A stretch of DNA of 64,000 bases, from contig JAOBWI010000003.1 in the NCBI GenBank assembly GCA_025463285.1, positions 2,720-66,719 on the forward strand. Reading direction: 5' to 3'. The position numbers and the translations under genes are program-made. The DNA comes from Acidimicrobiaceae bacterium. GTDB taxonomy: Bacteria > Actinomycetota > Acidimicrobiia > Acidimicrobiales > RAAP-2. The notes below the pieces were generated by a model. That model searched no databases. It saw nothing but the letters and a program-made list of their open reading frames with translations, and was not told the DNA's origin. This document shows, piece after piece, positions 58,570 to 64,000 of the stretch; positions within the stretch are counted from its first letter, which is position 1, and each line of letters starts with the position of its first letter.

Positions 58570-59687
58570 GAGTTCTCCAGTGCGTGACGGTACGCGACCA
58601 GGTGTTGATCAACGCAGGCGTCCCAGGTGAAGTGTTCGGCTCGGGCCCGGGCGCTCTGTGCGACGCTACTTCGCGCCGCGTCGTCGTCGTCCAGTCCCGC
58701 GCGTAGTGACGTCGCGAGGGCGTGCGCGTCGCCAATGGGCACCAGTCGGGCCGCGCCACCGGCCACTTCGGCCATGACCGTGCCGTCCGTCGTTACGACC
58801 GACGAGCCACAAGCCATCGCTTCTAAGACGGGAAGGCCGAAACCCTCTCCCCGCGAGGGATAGGCCACCACGCGCGCGCGGCGATAGAGGGCCGAAAGCA
58901 GTTCGTCACCGACGAAGCCCAGTCGACGTATGCGTTCTTTAAACGGGTGCGCGTCCAGCCGGGCCTCGAAGGGACCCACGCCCCACCCGACCTGGCCAGC
59001 GATCCACAGCTCAACTTCGTGATCGTCGCGAGCCACCTCGCTAAAGGACTCCAGCAACACGTCGAGACCCTTTCTCGGTTCGGCGGTGCCCACAAACAGT
59101 ACGTAGGGGACCTCGACGTCCAACGAGTGGCGACGAAACTCACCCTCGTCGTTTCCCCCACGGGGCTCAAAGCGCTCGAGGTCGACCCCGAGCGGGGCCA
59201 CGACGATGGGAGCGTGTACGGGCACGATCTCCTCCAGTAGTCGAGCACTAAAGGCACTCACCAGCACCAGCGCTCGTGCGTGTTGGGACGCGAAAGTGAT
59301 GGCCCGTCGAAAGAACGTCACTTTCGTTCGCTCGTGCCACTCGGGATTTGTAAAAAAGGTCAGATCGTGAATTGTGACCACGGTGGGCGTGGTTCCTCGC
59401 CGGGGCATCGTGTAGTGCGGCCCGTGCCAGAGATCGACGTCGCGCGCGGTCTGACTGGTTCCCAGAACCCACGCTTCGTAGGTCAGCCTCGCCGCCCGGG
59501 CGTTGGGCACGATACTGGCCAGCGCGGCCGACGGTGATCGCTCGCGCCAGCGCGGCGCGTCATCACGTCGCGTGACTAGGGTCGTCTCTTCTCCACGCTC
59601 GGGTAGACGCGTCGCCAGTTCGGCGATGTAGCGTCCCGCGCCGGCGATACGCGGTGGCACCGCCGAGACGTCGAGCGCGATTTTCAC
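58566..59687 (-). CDS. glycosyltransferase family 4 (GT-B)
   Basis: E-x7-E region PSRGEGFGLPVLEAMACG. GTGA overlap with the upstream stop. Confidence 0.85.
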   Translation of the reverse strand: MKIALDVSAVPPRIAGAGRYIAELATRLPERGEETTLVTRRDDAPRWRERSPSAALASIVPNARAARLTYEAWVLGTSQTARDVDLWHGPHYTMPRRGTTPTVVTIHDLTFFTNPEWHERTKVTFFRRAITFASQHARALVLVSAFSARLLEEIVPVHAPIVVAPLGVDLERFEPRGGNDEGEFRRHSLDVEVPYVLFVGTAEPRKGLDVLLESFSEVARDDHEVELWIAGQVGWGVGPFEARLDAHPFKERIRRLGFVGDELLSALYRRARVVAYPSRGEGFGLPVLEAMACGSSVVTTDGTVMAEVAGGAARLVPIGDAHALATSLRAGLDDDDAARSSVAQSARARAEHFTWDACVDQHLVAYRHALENS

Positions 59688-60760
59688 TGCCAGCCCTTCA
59701 AGTGATCGAGCGCCACGTTACGCCACGTCAGGGACGCCACACTCGAGCGCCGCCGCTCTCGGGCGTCGTCGTCGTCCGCGAGCGTCAAGCCCGTCGCCAG
59801 ACCCTGGGCGATCGCCTCCACATCCAACGGGTCAACGAGAACGACCTCTCGATTTTCCGCCACGCTCGGCGTGGACACGCTCGCCACAACGCGAGCCCCC
59901 TCGTGGAGTGCTTCAACCGGTGGTAACCCCCACCCTTCAGCCCTCGGTACGTAGGCGACCACGGTCGATTCGCGGTAGAGGCCCTTCAGCATCGAGCGCG
60001 ACACCGCGCCCAGCACCACCGCGTCGGCCACGTCGACGTTGCCCCATCCCGAAGGACCGACCACGACCAGGGGACCGAGCTGCGCGTTCCTCGAACGGGC
60101 CCGAGCGTGCGCGGCGATGAGCCGTTCGAGGTTCTTTCGGGGCTCGCGGGTCCCCACGTAGAGGGTGAAGGGTCCCGCCACTCCGCGTACTCGAAGTTCG
60201 TCGCGCACCTCGTCTTTGCTGGCAGCGGTCGTCTCGTCGTCGACACCCAAGCGCACCTCGTGCAGCCGTGACTCGTCGAAGCCGTCGTCGAGAAGGCGCG
60301 AACGCAAACCCGGCGCGGCGCAGAACAGGCGAACGTGCTCACGACGCTTCAACACGTCCAGTCGGCGCTCGTGAAAGCGGACGCCCCGTGGGGTGCTGGC
60401 CTCCGGTTCGTCTCGCCAGAGAAGGTCGTAGAGGGTTACCGAGTGAACGGCGCCCGCTCGACCGCCGGAAAAGGGACCCGCGAGCGAGGTGGCGTGCACC
60501 ACGTCGCTTGACGACGGCACGCCTAGGGGCCAACGGTCCCACAAGAGAGTGAGAACGGCCAAGGGAGCCGTTGTCACCCGGCGCAGTGCCAACTCGGACA
60601 CGTCGCGAACCGCCTTCCCGCGCGGAGCCACGCCGACCAGTTCTAGTGACTCGTCGCGTAGCGACCTCAGTCCCGTCACCAGGCCCCGCACGTACGTCGC
60701 GATTCCTCCCGGCTGAGGTCGATAGAACTGGTCGAGCGAGAGGGTGATCGTGCGAGTCAC
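59684..60760 (-). CDS. glycosyltransferase family 4 (GT-B)
   Basis: VPRAEGWGLPPVEALHEG. GTGA overlap with the upstream stop. Confidence 0.8.
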   Translation of the reverse strand: MTRTITLSLDQFYRPQPGGIATYVRGLVTGLRSLRDESLELVGVAPRGKAVRDVSELALRRVTTAPLAVLTLLWDRWPLGVPSSSDVVHATSLAGPFSGGRAGAVHSVTLYDLLWRDEPEASTPRGVRFHERRLDVLKRREHVRLFCAAPGLRSRLLDDGFDESRLHEVRLGVDDETTAASKDEVRDELRVRGVAGPFTLYVGTREPRKNLERLIAAHARARSRNAQLGPLVVVGPSGWGNVDVADAVVLGAVSRSMLKGLYRESTVVAYVPRAEGWGLPPVEALHEGARVVASVSTPSVAENREVVLVDPLDVEAIAQGLATGLTLADDDDARERRRSSVASLTWRNVALDHLKGWQ

Positions 60761-61767
60761 GTCCTCCAGCCTCGCACGACTTCTTTATAGAGCGCGACGT
60801 AGGCCCGCGCCGCGGTGGCCGGGGCGAAGTCCTCGGCTCGTGATCGGCCGGCCGCCATCACGATCGCTCGGCGCGAGGGACTCTCCCACAGTTCGTTCAA
60901 CAACGGCACGACTTCGTCGTCGCTCTCGGTTAACTCGGCCGCGCCGCTTAGCAGCTCGCGATTGATGGTCGTGGCGCGCGCGATCGTCGGCACGCCAGCC
61001 GCCAAGGCCGCGATCGCGAAGGAGGGAAACCGCGCGCCGTCAGAGATATGTAGCACCACGCGGGCTTCGCCGAGGGCGCGACGCGCGTCGGAGCGAGGAC
61101 GCACCACGACGTCCAGCCCACTCGCGCGAATCTGCTGGGTCACCGCCTGACTGGCCAACGCCTCGACGGTCGCGCCGTGCCCCCGGGCGAGACTCACCAG
61201 CGCGGGCGCGAGGCGAAGAAAGGGATTTACGACACCCGTTAAGTTCACCACCAACTTCGTTCCCTCTCTGGTCGGTTGGACCAAGGGGACGGCGGGCGGA
61301 ACAACCACGATGCGCGTGGGCGCAACGTCGAGCACTCGTCGCACCTCGTGACTGGCACTACGCGTCGACGCGACCAGCGTGGCGCCGTGACGAACCGCTC
61401 GGCGCAGCTGCGTGACGCGCAAGTACTCGCGCGATTCGCTGCGCAGCGGTCGAAGATCATCGACCGAGATGAGAAGTGGCGTCGACTTAGTGGGCGGCGT
61501 GGCGCGCCCGGCGACGTGCAACACGTCAACCGGTGCTAAGAGTCGATCAAGCGAAGGACCGACACCTCGACGCCACAGCGGCGTCCACAGCGGCCGCAGG
61601 GCCAGGCGCGCGTCGCCGGGTGAGGGGGGTGCGGAGCCCGAGTGGAAGCGAAGTAACTCACACTCCCCCGTCGCGTCGAGCGCGTCCGCGAGGTCGGTCA
61701 TCGAGTTGCCCAGTGACTCCAATGACCCGTCGAGGTCGAGAGCGACTCGCGGACGCTCAGCGCTCAC
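60757..61767 (-). CDS. GT-B fold glycosyltransferase-like protein (degenerate E-x7-E)
   Basis: I prefer the GTG at 61767 (GTGA with the upstream stop at 61764-61766). Its layout is GT4-like, but the motif region SDGARFPSFAIAALAAG is diverged. Confidence 0.65.
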   Translation of the reverse strand: MSAERPRVALDLDGSLESLGNSMTDLADALDATGECELLRFHSGSAPPSPGDARLALRPLWTPLWRRGVGPSLDRLLAPVDVLHVAGRATPPTKSTPLLISVDDLRPLRSESREYLRVTQLRRAVRHGATLVASTRSASHEVRRVLDVAPTRIVVVPPAVPLVQPTREGTKLVVNLTGVVNPFLRLAPALVSLARGHGATVEALASQAVTQQIRASGLDVVVRPRSDARRALGEARVVLHISDGARFPSFAIAALAAGVPTIARATTINRELLSGAAELTESDDEVVPLLNELWESPSRRAIVMAAGRSRAEDFAPATAARAYVALYKEVVRGWRT

Positions 61768-62576
61768 GAAGCGAGTGCCAGGGCCCGCTGAGCGCTGGTC
61801 CACTCGGGCCAGAGCTTGACCGCCCAGGGCCCAAACTGTTCGGTGCTGGTCGCCACGAGGGCGATCCCCTCGTCGACATTTATCAGCATCATCGAGCCGC
61901 TCAGGCCAAAGTGTCCGAAGGTCTCCGGGGGCCAGTCACCCATCCAGTGACGCTTCTCGCCGCGAACCTCAGGACCGATCCCCCACGGACAGGGCGTGAA
62001 ACGACCGAATCCCGGGACGATGCCCGCGAGGTCGGGTAAGTACGGACGAATCATTCCGTCCCGAGTGGCTCGCGCGATTCCGTCGCAGCGCAACCAAGCG
62101 ACCGCCAAGGTCGCTAGGTCCTCGGTGGATCCACTGACGCCCGCCGCCGGTCGGCCGAGGAGTGAGGTGGTGGAGAGTCCGAGCGGCTCGAAGACTCGAG
62201 AGGCCAGCCACCGCGCCGCGTCGTTCTCCCCCACGACGGCGTGAACGGCACGGTCGTAGCCGTAGTTGGAGTACACGCGCTTCGTCGCAATGGGGACCAC
62301 GGGATCGCTCTCTTCGAGCCCGAGGCCACTGGAGTGCGATAGTAAGTTCGCGAAGGTTGCGCCCCGGGGTCCGACCGGTTCGTCGTAGGAGTGCAGATCC
62401 CAATCCACCTCGACGCCGAAGGCCAGCGCTACGGTCATTTTCGAGACCGAGGCCCACGATCGAATCTCGTCAAGGTCGCCGTGTTCCGCAATGCGCCGCA
62501 CGGAGCCACCCTCTACACGCAGGACGATGGAGGAATATGAGCCGGGCCAGGTACATTCGGCGTCGTCACTCACCAC
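61764..62576 (-). CDS. serine hydrolase (beta-lactamase/transpeptidase-like)
   Basis: S-x-x-K (SVSK) and Y-x-N (YSN) motifs. The ORF extends to 62765 but would then overlap cofD, so I prefer the GTG at 62576 or 62573. Confidence 0.7.
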   Translation of the reverse strand: MVSDDAECTWPGSYSSIVLRVEGGSVRRIAEHGDLDEIRSWASVSKMTVALAFGVEVDWDLHSYDEPVGPRGATFANLLSHSSGLGLEESDPVVPIATKRVYSNYGYDRAVHAVVGENDAARWLASRVFEPLGLSTTSLLGRPAAGVSGSTEDLATLAVAWLRCDGIARATRDGMIRPYLPDLAGIVPGFGRFTPCPWGIGPEVRGEKRHWMGDWPPETFGHFGLSGSMMLINVDEGIALVATSTEQFGPWAVKLWPEWTSAQRALALAS

Positions 62577-62610
62577 TCGATGATACCCACGCGCCTCTAA
62601 GGTCTCGGAG

Positions 62611-63525
62611 GTGATAACGGTTCTCAGCGGGGGTGTCGGTGCGGCTCGGCTACTGCGCGCTCTGAGTGACGCGCACGATCCCGTTGACATCACGGCCATA
62701 GTGAACGTGGGCGACGACCTCGTCTTACACGGTCTCACCATCTGCCCCGATCTGGACACCATCACCTACACCCTGGCTGGACTCAACAACGACGAACTCG
62801 GCTGGGGACTGAACGGGGAGACCTGGCGGGTCATGGACGAACTCGCCGCTCTCGGAGGTGAGGCCTGGTTTCGACTGGGCGACCGCGATCTGGCCACCCA
62901 CCTCTATCGCACCCAGCGGCTCCACGAGGGGGCGACCAAGACCCAGGTCACGGCGGAGTTGGCCCAACGCCACGGAGTTCGCGTCACGATTCTTCCCGTC
63001 ACCGACGACCCGCTCTCGACGGAATTTGTCACCGACGAAGGGCGACTGTCCTTCCAAGAGTATTTCGTTCGTCGTCACCACGACGTCGTCGTTCGCTCCC
63101 TCGCCTTCGTCGGCGCCGACCAGGCCCGACCCACCGAGGAGGTGACGGCGGCCTTGCGCAAGGCGACTCGCTTGGTCATCGCCCCCTCCAATCCCTTGAT
63201 CTCCGTCGATCCCATCCTCCGAGTCCCCGGGGTGCGCGCCGCCCTTCGCGCGCGATCACACGACGTCGTCGCCATCTCACCGATCATTCGCGGGGCGGCC
63301 GTGAAGGGACCCGCCGATCGTCTCCTGCGCGAACTCGGTCATGACAGCACCGCGCTCGGCGTGGTGGATCTTTACGAAGGACTCGTCGGAACCTGGATCA
63401 TCGACGAGGCCGACGCCGAACTGGCCGACGACATTCGCGCTCGAGGTCCGCGGGTCGTCGTGACCACGACGGTAATGGCCGACCCCGACGATGCGGCCCG
63501 TCTGGCTTCGGCGGTGTTGGCGTGA
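62611..63525 (+). CDS. cofD: 2-phospho-L-lactate transferase (F420 biosynthesis)
   Basis: MITVLSGGVGAARLLRAL and full-length CofD/FbiA-like blocks. Confidence 0.9.
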   Translation: MITVLSGGVGAARLLRALSDAHDPVDITAIVNVGDDLVLHGLTICPDLDTITYTLAGLNNDELGWGLNGETWRVMDELAALGGEAWFRLGDRDLATHLYRTQRLHEGATKTQVTAELAQRHGVRVTILPVTDDPLSTEFVTDEGRLSFQEYFVRRHHDVVVRSLAFVGADQARPTEEVTAALRKATRLVIAPSNPLISVDPILRVPGVRAALRARSHDVVAISPIIRGAAVKGPADRLLRELGHDSTALGVVDLYEGLVGTWIIDEADAELADDIRARGPRVVVTTTVMADPDDAARLASAVLA

Positions 63526-64000
63526 GCGAACTTCGCCTGGTGGCACTGGCCTCACGCACGATGGTCCACACGGGTGACGATCTCGTCACGTTGTTTCTCA
63601 CCGCGTTAGAAGAGCACGGCGAAGAGCTGCGGCACCACGATCTCGTCGTGGTGACCAGCAAGGTGGTCTCTAAATCTGAGGGCCAGGTGGTTCCCTACGA
63701 CGGGAGTGACGAAGACAAAGTGCGCATTGTGGAGAGCGAGGCGGTGCGTGTACTTAGGCGGCGAGGCACGTTGCGCATCACCGAAACCCGTCACGGGTTC
63801 ATCAACGCCAACGCCGGCGTCGATCTCTCGAACGCCGACGACGGGACGGCGGTCTTGCTGCCGAAAGACCCTGATCGCTCGGCTCGTCGTTTTCGCGGCG
63901 AAATCGCTCGGCGTACCGGCGTCGACGTCGCCACGTTGATCACCGACACCTTTGGTCGCGCGTGGCGCCAAGGAGTCACCGACGTAGCCCTCGGATCGGC
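63522..64000 (+). CDS. cofE: coenzyme F420-0:L-glutamate ligase (CofE/FbiB N-terminal domain), truncated by the window end
   Basis: Not in the ORF track because no stop falls in the window. Hand translation from the GTG at 63522 (GTGA overlap with the cofD stop) gives VSELRLVALA...VVVTSKVVSKSEG...ITETRHGFINANAGVDLSN...DTFGRAWRQGVTDVALG. Confidence 0.85.
   Translation, partial: MSELRLVALASRTMVHTGDDLVTLFLTALEEHGEELRHHDLVVVTSKVVSKSEGQVVPYDGSDEDKVRIVESEAVRVLRRRGTLRITETRHGFINANAGVDLSNADDGTAVLLPKDPDRSARRFRGEIARRTGVDVATLITDTFGRAWRQGVTDVALGS

Overview
GC-rich, densely coding chromosomal segment whose gene content and operon style look like Actinomycetota, possibly an Acidimicrobiia-like lineage (this placement is inference). 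I support about 57 protein-coding genes, many joined by 1- or 4-nt start/stop overlaps. I could not recognise any rRNA, tRNA, CRISPR array, transposase, integrase or prophage gene. All product calls come from reading motifs in the supplied translations; no database search was possible. Left to right: a detox/redox cluster (esterase, FMN reductase, MBL hydrolase, MarR, AKR, FUSC); a secreted 813-aa phosphoesterase-like protein; an NHEJ module (Ku, then LigD split into PE-ligase and polymerase genes); F420-type LLM oxidoreductases; a nitrilase-methyltransferase pair; a coupled four-gene operon with three paralogous double-YbjQ/DUF74 proteins (18278-21199); SDR/HIBADH genes; a small accessory-looking islet (GerW-like, membrane proteins, MarR-MFS); ferritin-like; metY-metX; two APC permeases; a GT2 / YfhO-like / PPK2 / LLM operon; beta-oxidation genes around an archaeal-type riboflavin synthase homologue; a conserved actinobacterial envelope region (Trm112-like, ManB, 916-aa membrane protein, CPBP protease, FtsH, DUF5719-like, 1082-aa GT2-membrane fusion, epimerase, three GT4-like genes, serine hydrolase); and cofD plus partial cofE (F420 biosynthesis). 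My best candidate for an undescribed system is the YbjQ-repeat operon. Secondary candidates are the PPK2-containing glycosylation operon, the archaeal-type riboflavin synthase, and an unlisted 57-aa Cys/His-rich ORF in an otherwise empty 558-bp gap.
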